Below, one piece after another: positions 12,599-26,882 of a stretch of DNA of 64,000 nucleotides. The position numbers were made by a program, and so were the translations under genes. Within the stretch, counting starts at the first letter, position 1; each line of letters begins with the position of its first letter. Origin of the DNA: Lytechinus pictus (lineage: Eukaryota); contig NC_087251.1 of assembly GCF_037042905.1 (NCBI RefSeq), forward strand, positions 13,332,001-13,396,000, in the 5' to 3' direction. A model generated the notes under the pieces. It ran no database searches. It was given only the letters and a program-made list of their open reading frames with translations, and had not been told where the DNA came from.

Positions 12599-15500
12599 TT
12601 AATGCAGACAAAGCTATGTGTTTGGGTACCGGTATTCAATATTGGCATGAACAACCTATGCTACATTCACATCTACTATAGATATTCAAAAATTTGAATG
12701 ATTCCAGCCTATTTATGTAGACATAGCTGTGTGTTTGGGTATTCAAAAATTCAATGATTGCAGCCTAATTTAATGTAGCTATGTGTTTGGGTATTTGTGT
12801 AATTGGCATGAACACAACCTACGATACATTCACATCTACTATAGATACTAAGGGTTTGTGCTTTGGTATTGAACATTTGGATGATTACAGTGACATCTAA
12901 ATAGACATAGGTTTGTTGATAAGTATTCAAAATGTGTATGGGCACAGCTAATATTACATGTACATTGACACCTTCTCTCACTGGTGTTTGCTAACCAAAA
13001 TCACCATGAGCATAGCATTTGATACACTGACATCTACCGTAGATAGTGGTTTACGTTTTCTTATAAAACTTTAGCAAGAAAACAGTCTAGGTTACATCCA
13101 CATGTACTATAGAAATAGATTTGTGAATCTGTATTTAAAGTTTTGAAAAAATAGTGCAGATTATGTTTATGTCAATAAAGCTGTATGTTTGGTATTCAAT
13201 ATTTGTAACATTGACATCTACAACAGTAGGCATATTTTTGTGTTTTGTTATGCAAATTTGAATGCACACAATCTATGTTACCTTCTACAAATATGGATTT
13301 GTGTTTTGGTATTTAAATTTTGAATGAATCCATCACAATGACTTTGTATTCATATTGTTTTGGTATTCAATATTTGAATTTAAGCAGCCTATATACATTG
13401 ACAGCTATTGTAGGTATGGGTTTGGGTTTTAGATTAAGGTACAAACCAATGAAATTGGCATTTTCCAATTTTCATGAAAAATATCAATATATCCAAAATG
13501 ATATAATGTCCATTACACTTTTGCAAGGTTTGAATGTTGAATTAGCAATACAATATTGGCCTAAATGACATTATAATCTGAAGATGTTGATTTTTTTAAA
13601 GAAAAAAAGGGAAACTTTAGACATGCTTTTAAAGCAATATAATAGTGTCAAATACACAGCGTAAAGAAATAATTTTCATTGGCTTTTCATAGGCAGAAAC
13701 ACACCATGTCTTAAATGTAGTAAGCATTCAGAATAGGCATTCAGGTTTAAAATGCTCTGTTAGCAATCAACAACCTGTATAGAAAGGTCAATGATTTACA
13801 GGTCAAGAGAGGTGTCAAGTCACACACTCATTCACCAAATTGCAACAAGTCAAGCCATCAACTATTGCAAAATCTTGAGGATGGGTCCGAGCAGGATCCT
13901 AAATATCCAAGAACTATTGAGAGCTTGGATGATTACTCAGAGTGTTCCACTCAAACTTGACAAGGCTACCCAGAAATACAAGTTATCTGCACCCTTCAGT
14001 TTGGACGTCTGTTATCTGTAGCAGTACTAGCCTGCATTCCAGGTAGAAATTTTATCCCTTTATCTCAACAAAAATACCACAAAAGGTGTCATTAAATGAT
14101 AAATGATCTTATACCATGTAGCTCACCAATCATTTGACAACATGTCATTCCTTCATGAATAATCTGTTGTATATTCTTTTGATAATTTTGAAACCCCTTG
14201 CCATACCATAATTCACATGAGTCAATAGGAAGGAGATGACTGGTGTAAGGCTATGGTAAACCCATACAGTACCATCATTTGTAAATATTGAGGGCACATC
14301 TCTTGTTACATCTCTAATCTTTGCTTTAGAATCCAACATACATCTAGTGTTATCAAAAACACATTTTTGTCTTGTAGACAGCCTACTAGTACTATTGCTG
14401 CTGATGCCAGAAAGGGTCTGCCATTGCAATAAGATATCTGAAGATTGGGAAGATTGCTACTAGAAATCAATGCTAGGATGTATGATGGAGGGTCTTTGAA
14501 CTTAGAACTGAAGGAGAATGGATTAGTGAGGATGTATAACCTGGAGAAGTCATTTCACTCCAGAAGCATGAATTAGTTCAAACAAGGTCGGGAGTTCATG
14601 ACCTGAGATGAGATGTTCAATTATACACATTAGACCAGAGTGCACTCCATTAACAGTGAACTTATATTGAGATAGCATACAGATCATTAAACATTATCTC
14701 TCAATAGACTGGTGTTTACATTTACCATAGTGTACTCTTATTACAGAGAAACATACTTTTACACAAGATAGTACGTGGTGCATCTCTCAAATGAATACAC
14801 CATAGTGTTCTCATCTGATACAGTGAAACATACTTTTCATATTTAAGTATACAGTGCATGAAAATTGTATTTCTCTGATGACTGAGGGGTGAAGGTTTTT
14901 TTTTATCATGGGGATACCTTTGTGTACCAATCGTACTGCAGGATTCTAGTTAATATTGCTGAATCTTCAAGATAAATCTTTACTGCAGTCCAATACTGCT
15001 ATAGGAGTACACAAATATTAAAGAAATAATAGTTTTTAAGCTAAATGAGAAAAGAGAAAGTGAAATGAATTTTTATCCATAGCTGACTATAAAATAGTGC
15101 CAGATTGTTCGGCCTTGTAAGAAAATTTATGTGTGCCAGATTTTCAGATACTCCACTCATGACTTCTTGAGAAGTTTACTGTATGCAAGAGAGGGCATTT
15201 GCAATAATTGTAGGTTTTGATCTATGCTAAAGCAAATCAGTCTTCTCTCTGTGCAATACACAAGGTAATTCGTTCAGAATTATTTCATATATTTCATACA
15301 TGATACATTATGTGTATAAGAATGCCAATTCAAATAAGCACAGACTTTAATGATAGGTCCAACATATTTTTGCCTGGTGTTTTTTTTTTATTATTCATCT
15401 TGAAGATTAAAATTCTTCACAATTAAAGTCATGGTATTTTCTTGCGACTCACTAACTAGCAGGAACAATGCCAGGGTCATACGGAGCAAGATAACAAAGC

Positions 15501-18500
15501 CTCAAAGGCGTCATCATTTTTCTGAACTGAATAACAGACAGAATGCCAGACCTCTGTTTTTATGACATTCATTCCCTCTTTCCTCTTCTTCATTCTTTTT
15601 TTTTCCACAGCTTGAAATATCATAGGGGTTGGTCATCCCATCTCCCTGTAGAGCTGCCCTACTTAATTAAAAATAAAATTGAGTTCAGACATTTTTTAGG
15701 TCTTACCAGGACTTGAGTTAGTCTTGGAATTTATTTCATAATTTATCACCTTAAATAAAACCCAAAGTAATTATGAATAATGAAGCTGATCTACTTTGAA
15801 CTAAATATATCACTGTTTACACAATGTCCTTATTTTTTTGTTTGAACTCTTGATCTTTCCATATCACACATGGGACTAACCAAACAAATAAAACCAAATG
15901 ATTTGAGAGATGTGACAGGCTGGTATTTATCCCTCAGACTGGCTGTATCAAATGTAATCTCTATTCATCCCTACATAGAATTCTGAAAACTGAATCATGT
16001 TATGATTGTCATTCATAACCCGTACCAAACATGTTAGTGTGAACTGTATGAGACTGTCATCCTCAACCCAGAATTAATCAGGACTTGAGTCTATTACCAA
16101 AGAGAGGTAAAGACCTTTGTTATTGTGTAGAAAACCAGTTGCATTCCGGGGGGGGGGGGGGGGGCAGTAATGGGCCCGAATGGATCTTCAGGGTCCATAG
16201 AGCCCTTCCTTTCCTTAATACCTTGAAAGTAGTGTGGTTCTCATCTCCCTCCCCACAATTTTTAAATTGTACAGCTACCTAGAGGAGATGGCGGTCTCGT
16301 CCCCCCCCCCCCCAAATAAAATCTCTTGAAAATATGCATAAAGCAACTTGACTTCTATATATACACTCTAAATTCCAAAGAATTTAGAATAAATCCAGAT
16401 GAGCTGTGAAAAGTAACCAGCCGTTTATTAGATTTAGATTGAAACCTTGTTGATTTGAATATTAATCTAAAAGATTTGAACTTAAATCTTTTGAGATTTA
16501 AAAGTTGATCCTTAAGATTTAGATTGTACGATAAAATGACCTGATCATTCCTCAGTTTTGTTCAATATATAAATCTAAATCAGAAATGAGTATTTCAATT
16601 TACATTTAATTATTCTAAAATGACATCATGAGTACTGTATTCAATATTTCTAAGCAAGTGTATTTTCCTTATCCAATATTTTGAAATTGGTTATATTTTT
16701 TATAATTCGATTCTCTCTGATGTAAGCATGTTTCATGTTAGGAGGGAATAAGAGGGTATTATACAGCATAGAATTGTATCATGTTCTTAACTCTGTTACA
16801 TTCAAAGGCTAGCACTCTCCACTTTCAATTACCAACAGTGCTGCATGAATTTCATCTAATGAAATATAAATCACTTGGTCAAAAATTCAAGGTGATTTTC
16901 TGCTTCAGCAATAATTAACATGACCTTGTCTGCAAGCTACACATGATGAGGATGACAAAATGGCTGCCCTTGGGGGTTGGCTTTCACTGATCACATGGCC
17001 TCTCATTCCACACACAGTAAAAAGGCTTATCAGTACTATGGTTTCATCCAAACTATTCCCTCACTCTTAGGTGCATTAGATAATACACGGATCCTCTTCA
17101 AATGGGATCCATGGGTAGTGTGAATCTGCAGAGATAAGTGGTATAATATATGCGAAACACTTTGGATGATACCTCATGTACCATCATACACATAATAATC
17201 CAACACACACACCACACCTGCTGTTATTTAGCCTGCAGGATTGAAAGTAAACACAAGTCGCGGTCGGATGATGAAAACGATACGTTTAATGAAAAATATT
17301 GCAAATATTGCTCCCCTGGGTGTCAATTAGGTAAACTGATACTGATGAAAAGCCCAAGACAGGTGTGTTTAAACTAATTCAAATATATAACAAGGATGGT
17401 GAATCTAAGATGGCCCATCATACAAAGAATATTAGAAAAATTGAAACAGAATTCAGGCAACAGATTTAGGATAAGGAAAATGAGAAAATTATACATGTAG
17501 AAATAATGGGAACAGGGTATTCATCAATAAGCATTATACACGTAACTCCTTGCTTTAACTCCACCTTTGTATCATCCTGCTCATTGTTTACTCCAAAAAT
17601 TGTTTTATCATCATCCTCTCTTGGACATTTCCCTCTTTATGGAGATGGAAACCTAAGAATAGTTATGTATTGGAAGAAGCAAATATCCACCCCTATATTA
17701 TTTAAGGAATGATATCCTGGCTTCCAATTATTCTAATGGAGTCACAGAAACTATGCTGTATCAGTACATCCATGATGCCTGTTGACTTGCAAACATTTCC
17801 TATCCAGATGCTAGCTAGCCACATGGTACTCATAATTATAATATTTCCCTCTAGCAAAGTGGATGTACAATTCTTACATCTATACAGAAAACATACATCC
17901 CTCTACAACGTTAATTAAATATTAGTTTTACAATATACAAGATAATTAATTATCCCACACTTTCCCTTCTTAAGTACATCAAGATTAAGTGAATAATGCT
18001 ATTTGAAAAAATAAAAAGTTAGAAAATAAAGCTACTTTATGAGCTTATCATGACCATCAGTCTCTTCTTGTTAAGTTGTTCTCTCTTCCACAATTTCCAT
18101 GCAGTATGAATTATTCACAGAGCATGAAGTTAATCATAGTATACAAAGCAATATCATTGCAGTCATATAAACCTAAGTAAAGCTCATAATGTTTAATTAA
18201 TACCTTTCTCATTACAAATTTGAATGGTTTTGGTTTTACTCCATTTATTTTGCATAATAATGATGTTTTTATTATATTTCACTTAGTTTTCAGAGTGGAC
18301 AAAGCCACACATCCATGACCATATAGCATTGATTGTTGGCCCTTAGATCATAGAGGACAATTTCGCGCTTCAAATTTACTGCAAAGTGGAAGATGGACGC
18401 CATGATCTACATCCCCTGATGATGACCAAACCAAAGTGATGCTGGATGGGTGTGAGATCGAAGCAATGAGTGCAATTTAATTCTGTTGATTTGGGAGTGA

Positions 18501-20989
18501 GAAAAGATACGCCAAGCCATTGGTCATGTACACATCGGTATGGATGACCAACTCTGAATGCTAAATTGGAGAAGACGAGGATGCAATAGGATATCACCGT
18601 CTTTTCTCACTACCTCTCTTTTGCACTCTACTTTCTTATTCTCTTCCAGTCTCTCATTCATTCTGTCTTTTTCTATCTCTCTCTCCCTCTTTCCCCATAG
18701 GGATTTTCTATTTGCATGAAGCGAATCCATTTTAGCAGCTTTCCCAAAGCATGATGCAATCTAGATTTCTTTTATCACACCCTGTTCTCCCCCCATTTTT
18801 GTTACACTCCACTATTTACCCATACTCTCAATCATTACCCCCCCCCCTCCTTTGTCAATCTTATACAATCATCATATCATCTCATAAATTTTCTTTTAAT
18901 CATGAAAACAATACTAGTTAGTTGGGTACTTAAAACAAAGAGATTCACACCTTTGCTTAATAATTAATAGCAATATTTATCCATTACAGTAACATGTCAA
19001 CTCTTTTGAAAAATCGAAATTTACAGCTACTCTTTAATTTGAAATCAATTATACCTGATATTTCTCTCAGCTCTTAATAAAGTCTTCCTTAAAACCACAA
19101 ATGACGTATCTTATTTACTTAAAAACTGATGTTTACTTAATATCATAGAAAAACATTTCTCCTGAATTCATGGATCTGCTTAATCAAACAATATGCATAT
19201 GTGCCCTTATTCTATTGTAATACTATTAAGATGTAAAAAACACAAACCCTTCTTGGTAACAATGTTGCACAAAATTGTATGGATGTATAATAAGTGCACA
19301 TGTTTCTGTCCTCTATTCTACAGATTAATAAGAGATTTATCTAACTATGAGTCACAAGTTTCCATGACAACCAATTCCATCTTCTCTTGCCACAAATGAC
19401 CTAAATTTAGAGCATTCCTACATCATTTATTAGATCAAATCTTTGAATGCAGAGAATACTGTTTTTTATGGACTCAGAAGTAATTCATTTTAAAGAAAAA
19501 AATCTTCTCTAAAAAAATAAATAAAATAAAATAAAAACATCAGCAATTCCGATCAATAGGGGGAAAAGATTATACCACCCAATTTGCTAGTAATGTTTTG
19601 CAATACAATCCATTCCCTAGCAATTTATGATGCAATTTTATTTATACAATTTAAATTTTAGCATCAGTTTTAAGGTCAGATTAGCTTAAATATTTGCCCA
19701 GTATTTACTAACTCATGTTTAATTCCATTCTATTGAAATATATTCATTTTATTAGCAGGTGGTTAGAATCATTATATGTAGGTAACTAAAAAAAAGACGT
19801 TCACATCAGATTTGGTAACACTACCAAAAATCTGTCTCTTTTGCATATTTTTCTCTTCCAACATCATTTTGAAATAATAATAATTATAATACATGTAGTA
19901 GATTTAAAGAGTGAATGAATTTACAAAAGTAATTATTCTACTGCAATATGTGCAAATTTAAACAGTTTTCTACAAAAGATATGAATAATCATCTTGCATT
20001 AAAGTCAGGAAGGCCAGAGAAATATAAAGGGCTGTAACAACCAAAAGATGTATATGAGAATTTCACATGGAATATCCAGTGCCCATACATATTGCTGTTC
20101 CTGAAAAATTGTTAATAATAGATGCAAATTCAAGCTACATGTAGTTAATAAATTGTGTAATTGACATTGTAATTAAAACGATAAGATTGCTATTCAAAAT
20201 GCAAATGTGCAATCTTATTTATCAATCATCATTTAATTTTTCTCATACGAAACCTATATTTTCCTTTAAAATCTGCAAAAGCAATAAATTGAGAAGTGTA
20301 ACCTTAATAAATCTTTGCAACTCTGGGTAAAATAAGACCTTACAGCTCTACTTCAAGCAACACAAGCATAATGTGAGTAACCAATTATGCAATACAACTA
20401 CAGCCATTAAAATGATAATATTCTTGATTGGAGCACTCTAATTGTACAAATAAGTCCATCTATCACACTGAATTACACACCATTGTTAATACAGATAAGT
20501 GGAAAGGAAAATACTCTCTCATTTTCCAACCACTTGTAAAGAAACCCCTGAATTATTACATTGCCTCATTGGCATTCTGATCTGGAGTTCAAAGCAAATA
20601 CAACAGAGCTCACTTGAAAAGAAGCGATTAAGAATTCATCAATAGATTTATTGAAAATTTATAAAGCACTTGCGTCACAAAGTGATGATAAAAGAGGCAA
20701 ATAGGAGTAACTTAAGAAAGACAATCGCGCCTTGCTATCCTCACAACTTACCATTCTAAAATATTCATTGTATTTTGAAGTGAAAGAAGATAAAACAGGA
20801 ATTTTTTATCTAGTATCTAGAAATGCGAGGCAAAAGAGCAACTAGGATACTTTGATGGATATGTATGGTTGGAGAGGATAGAAGCTATATAGGTCATCAC
20901 ATTGGTAGCAAGGAAGAAGAAAGGAGGGAGGCAACATTTGGTTTTCAAACTTCAAGAATTAAAAGAATTCTATTTGAGATGTATATCAA

Positions 20990-21520
20990 CACATTACTAA
21001 CTGCAGCAAAATGCAGAATGACCTTATCATCTGACCTCTACAAGTACGATAACATGAATGTATCCAAGAACGTCACCCAAGTTTGAATGAAAACCATGTA
21101 CCAAACTATGTGTAATAAAAGTCTTGCAGGTAAAACTAAAGTGTGACCTCAATTGACAATTGACAATTACATGTGATCTTTGACATGATCATCACACAAA
21201 TGTATCCAAGTGCATTTATGTGAGCTTTTGATATAAGGCTATTTGTAACAAGAGAGGCTTGTTGGGTAATCATTGTCATTGTTAAAGAGAGCTTTGAAGG
21301 TGCCCTTTAACATATGACCTCGATTGACATTTGACTTAGGCATATGATCTTTGATGCCAAATAAAGGTGCCCAAGTGCATTGAGAACCCAAGTTCAGTTG
21401 ATATCTGAGCTACCGATCCTCACAGGTAAAGTTTAATATTTGTGATGAACGATGGAAGACATACAGATGCCATTTGGATCCATAAGTATTAACGTAACCT
21501 TCAAAGGGTGAGAGGAAATA
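20990..21520. repeat. Degenerate tgacct-core (Helentron/HINE-like) repeat
   Basis: Recurrent tgacct..tgac/ccaagt motifs as in the element at 48234-48918. Boundaries approximate. Confidence 0.5.
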
Positions 21521-22702
21521 GAGCTATAGTCAACCTCGCATTCATGTACATGGGAAAAGAAAGGAGTTTTCTTGTACATGTTGTTTTTAATGCAAACAGT
21601 CTGCACTCAGGTTAAGTTGCTCTTTGGGACCAAAATGTATTACTGGTCCTTGACTTTGGGGAAATTCATGACTGCATGTCTCTTTGATCATGAGTCACTA
21701 TGATATTTCAAACCAAGGTTGTTCAATTGTGAAGACTTTAAAAGTCTGACTCACTGTCTAGAGTAGATATGAACTCATTTTTGTAACAGGTGCATACATA
21801 CAAAAATACTGAATATTTGTTTTAAAGAAACAAAGCCATATGCCTCTTATAATACAACTTATCACAGGGCCACTGAATGCTGCTTTTACTTTGACGATAA
21901 CAATTATACCACAAACTCTTCGATGACCTAACCATTATCTTATTTTGTTTATGTCCTAATTGTTAAAAATTTATCAATATTGTGAAACATTTGCAAAGTT
22001 TCATGTCCCACTTTTCAATGTAATATATGTGTATTTTCATGAAAGTATAAATGAAACACTTCCATTTAAATTCAGAAAGAAAAATATAACTGAATGAGAA
22101 AAAAGTTGTTGGCATGTATATAATATTACTTTGCCTATGTAATGAAGCCATATACCATTTCTTTCCAATATTTGTTATGCTCTGTTCCCTTGATTTCCCT
22201 TCCTTTTAACATTCATATTTCTCACAATATCTTCATTTCTCTTTCCCTCACTCTTTCTATTCTTTTAGATAACAAAAAATATCTTTATTACAAAAACTTT
22301 AATTGAAACCTATGAACAGAACTGTCAATACCATATTGTGTTGGAAACAGAAATCTCATCAAGATTGTAAGATCAGACATTGTGATACTTTGCAGCTAGT
22401 AATAAGCAAGGCTCTTAAAATTGTGTGTCCATTAAACTCTCGAGAGTTGTAGTCTTTTTTACACATCTAATGATGTGCAAATCATTATGAGAAGTGGCTT
22501 TTGATACATAGTAACTTTCAATCTTGAATGCAACTCATTCTCGAGTTCTTTTGACCATTGCCTATAAGAGGACTGTGTGGTCCCTCTACAAAGCCAAAGG
22601 GAATGAATTCAGTCATCAATGGGTTGAATGATATTGTCCTTTGAATGTTTCCATGGTCAATAAGAAAATCATTCATAGACTCTTCATAGTGTTGTCATAC
22701 TG

Positions 22703-22842
22703 TATATCGTTGTGTCAGTGTAAGAAGTCCTTTGCACCACACTTCCGCACACCCTACAGCAGAAACGCCTTTACACAATGCCCTAATGCGCGCTCCACGT
22801 AAGTGTGCTGATAAGGGCGTTCCTGCACTGACACAATGATAT
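22703..22842. repeat. Small inverted-repeat element
   Basis: atatcgttgtgtcagtgtaagaa ... ttcctgcactgacacaatgatat. Confidence 0.7.
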
Positions 22843-23108
22843 GGTAGTCCTTTAAAAACAGAAGAAAATGGAAATAAGTTCTAAGAGAACTAAAAATATA
22901 TGATTACTTTCTATTGACTTGTTCAGAAAACAACTACCTTTTAAGAACAAGTGAGTCTTAATGTTTTGGCAGGAATGCACTTGTGGTCATCAGTGGTGGG
23001 AGCAGAGGGGGTTGAATGAAAGACACAACTTAACCATCGATTACTGAATTCCTGTAATTCCCACATACATTTTACAGGGACTACATCCTAATACAATGAA
23101 CTTCTTAC

Positions 23109-23260
23109 CTTGAATTCTGTGCTCTCATGAATTTTAACTTCTAGATTTCTGATTTCACCAAGCTGGGGTTTTCCCATGTCAGCGATCCTTTGTTCCTCCT
23201 CAGACATCAGTAGTTTGATCTTCTCATCCTTCTCGCTTGTGATGGACTCATCATCGCTTC
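23109..23260 (-). CDS. NCX: NCX exon (CBD2 FG-loop helix and G strand)
   Basis: cctaacag|GA...TTCAAG|gtaaga, 152 nt, phase 1-0. Translates GSDDESITSEKDEKIKLLMSEEEQRIADMGKPQLGEIRNLEVKIHESTEFK, compare vertebrate NCX1 EEERRIAEMGRPILGE...EESYEFK. Confidence 0.95.
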
Positions 23261-24315
23261 CTGTTAGGTCATAAAAATAGGGTATGCAATCTAATAAATC
23301 ACATGCACTTTGAATTCTTGTGATACACCGGGTGATTTTAAGTTTGGCATTGGTGTTGATGTTGGAAGTACCACTGCTCTAACACCTTAACTGTTAAAAA
23401 AAAATTATCTATAGTTTAACACCAAGTGAAAATTGTCTAAGTCAAGTTTTATTTATTTTGTTACTGTGTTGATGTATATTAGCCCAGCACTAACAGGTCA
23501 ACACTAAACTTGAAGTTACTTAATGCATAGCTACATAAGGTAAAAGGAGAACTCCATGGGGAGGGAGGACAATTTCCCTGAATATGATTCTCACATGAAA
23601 AACATCCCATCAAAAGATATCAATCTCTCATGCTGTTATTGACTTCCCCAGAGTACAATCTCTCTTTAAGGTAAAAACGATTTCTCAAGCAATTTCTTTC
23701 CCATTGTCCATGGAGAGGTCACTGAAAACAAAAATCAACATCAATTTCCTGTTCATTTGATATTTGTCAAGAGGCAATTATGAATTAACGTGTACAATTC
23801 AACAAGGAATTACTTGCCTTCTAAATCTTAGTACTTGAAATAAAAAAAAATTGCTTGCAGTCTTTCCACACAAGCCAACTGACCAATTTGCCAAATGAAA
23901 TTGTGTGCTGATTTATAAAAATGGAGGATAAAGTTTCTCATATGATTTTAAAAATGTGTTTGTAAAGGTTGTTGGGGGGTGGGTAATTAAAATTCTTAGA
24001 CCGTAAAGCAATCCATCCTAATGCAAGGTCAAGCTAACCTTATTGAGTTGATTTCCTCCATACAAATGTACCTACCAGTGATACTGAATGCAAGAACGAT
24101 GTTATATTATAAAATAGGTGTATTATTTCAAGCATCGCAATTGGCCAATACGCGTCACATGACATCCAACTTTTTTGTGCATGCATGGCAGTGCAAAAGG
24201 TGCGCAACGAAAATTGACATTGCACGCTCAAGCAGACTAGTGTGGTAGAAGTCCCGGGAGAAATCCAACAAAACTGTACTGTAACTTTTTAAGAATTTGT
24301 TCATGTGTTGCTATT

Positions 24316-24502
24316 TTATAAAACAAATAATGCACTTGCTCTGTCGTGCGTAAAAGTAAATGCAATGAAAGCTCGGTTTCTTCAAATGATGCACACTGGG
24401 CACTCGCCGCCAGTGGCTCGTGCAGTGCGGCACCTGTCTAAAGAAACCTCACGTGCTCTGCATTTCCACTAACGCACTCGGCTGCATGCATTATTTGTAT
24501 AA
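24316..24502. repeat. Hairpin-forming end of a non-autonomous element
   Basis: acaaataatgca...gtgcgt...aaatgca...ggtttctt paired with aagaaacc...tgcattt...acgcac...tgcattatttgt. Confidence 0.6.
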
Positions 24503-24725
24503 TATTAATCACTTGATAGAAAGAATACCCCCCCTGTTCTTGGCATAATTGCCTCCAGTATAAAATCCCTTACTCATCTTCACAGAATGTTATGTTTTCA
24601 AGATTTAAACAATGGGTCACTTCAAGTGTAGGGTTGAAATAGTAATTCACACTGACTTCCCTAGCTTAAACATCTAATGTATGTTTACATATAAAATCCA
24701 AATTACATCATTAATACCTCAATGC

Positions 24726-25341
24726 CCCCGGGGGTCACTTCCATTGAAGAAAGTACAGCATCTCTGGACAATCCTTAAAAAAGCACCATAAACAGAGATT
24801 CAAGGGCAGGTAATTAGGACACCCTAAGAACTGGTTTTGTGCATATCCCAGATTTGCTCACCCAAAACACAAATTCCATTAATTGTTAGGATAATTGATA
24901 CCCTAAACCAGGATATTTCCATTTTCATTCCACAAGAGTTATGGGGTCCAAGTTTTGGAGCCCCTTTTCATTGCATGTCTCATGCAATGACTGGACATGG
25001 GTGCAGCAAATGCAAGCATTATTTGATGTTTATATAGTATTGGGGATTTGGTTTCAGGATTGAGATTTCTCGGTTATAAGGATTACATTTCAAACTTGGA
25101 CTTTTTATGGGGGATTTTATCATGTTGGCTAATATAGGATATTCTGTTCACAAGTCTCGTCCGAGTCAGTCTGGCAGCAGTCGGTGTAAATTACATACCC
25201 AATTCACATTTAGAATAGAGTGGGTTAGGGAGCATTTGTTCCTTTTTGACACTTTGTGTTCTGTACCTACCCCTGAAAAAGCACCCTCTTTCAATATTTC
25301 TTTTCTCACAGATACTGTCCACTCTTCAATGGAAGTGACTC
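24726..25341. mobile_element. Old non-autonomous DNA transposon
   Basis: TIR gtcacttccattgaaga / tcttcaatggaagtgac following a cccggggg terminus. Confidence 0.7.
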
Positions 25342-26882
25342 ATCAACACCTCATTAGATTCATCCTAGCACTACATTCATATTAAGATTGGAGCTGGGCT
25401 GAAATTGGCCCAACACTAAGTAAATGCCAAAAAAGAAAAGTGACACTGAACTTGAAATCCCTCAATATCCTTGGAGAGGTGTTTAGTAACACATATGCAG
25501 AGATTTAGAAAGGTTTTAAATTTAGTCATCTGACAGCTTGTCCTTCTTTCTTTTTGCTCGATGATACCAGCTTCCTGGAGACAAAAGCAGTATCAAAGTA
25601 CTGTTCTGGGTCAAATGTACTTACCGGTACGTCTAAAAAAAGTTTACATATACATATTTAGTGCAAAGTGTGAGGACATATAGACGTCATATCTTGAAGC
25701 TCTGCTTAGTATATAATTGCATCTAATTGCAAATGTCCATCTTCAAGACTGAAAGAAATAATTCTTGTCTATGGCTTATCAAGACTACTTTAACCTTTTT
25801 ATTATGTACTTTGATGGGTATTTCTCCCTTGATACAAGGTCTTTTCTAATTACACATTCAATGCCCAAGAGGATCTATTACAATATCAACCTTTATATTG
25901 TCTCCTTCAATGTAGGTGTCCCCATGTCATTGGTGTAAAAATAGCTTCTTTGTGATTGTGGGTGCAGAGTGGGTAAGGCAGTGAAAACTCCATGATATTC
26001 AGTTTGGGGAAAAAAGAGAGGAAGTTAAAACAAGAGGAGAAAAGTCTAAAGAAAATAAATGGAGTATTGAAATAGAGAATGTTGACATATAAAATCTTTA
26101 GAGACAATACCCTATTTTCTTCCATGAGCGGAAAAAATGTATAGTAATCTTGAGGTCAACTTCTCCCCCTTCCCCAACCAAAAATATCCTGGTGCTGTCC
26201 CTGCAAATGGAAAACAAACATTTACTTAAATATAACCCTTATTACTGAGATTAAACTGTTTTGATATCTAATACAGATATACTAGCTAAAGACCTTTGAG
26301 AAGTGTGTTGAAGAGTGTTAATTAATTATTGTTCATGTACATGGTGTTTACTCCCTCAAGAATACAGGGCCACGATTAACATCACTTCAATATTCTCATG
26401 AGGAGGATTATGCATTCTGCAGTAATACTACAATTATCTGGGTCAACATGTTTCTTGAATTCAGGGCATTCTATTTTTCAAATTCAATCTTTTTTTCAAA
26501 TTTTATTTTCTATTCTTATGTTTAATTTTTCATTTTTTAAAATTCCTATTACATGTACTCATTTTGTCATTTTTTCTTCTTATTTTTTTTCCATTTTTTT
26601 ATTCATTGATTATTATTATTTTTATTGGGGGGGGGGGAGGGGAATTGCATATGTCTGAATATCTACTTCAATGTATGGCTAATCATAGTAATGAAAATAT
26701 TGCACAACTTGTGAACTTATTGCCCTCTCTAATTTCCCAACATCATTGAAATCTAGTGAATATTTGTTTATAAGATATATAATGAAGCAAAGACCATGAT
26801 CAGGGAATGTATGATATTAGGAACCTAGACAAAGTCTCATTCACAGCTTAGCTGCATTTGGGATTTCACAGCAGCTATCCTA

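Noticed and set aside
18376..18597. ORF containing DQWLGVS, reminiscent of integrin alpha
   Set aside because: Only a short motif; no extended similarity and no compatible splice sites.
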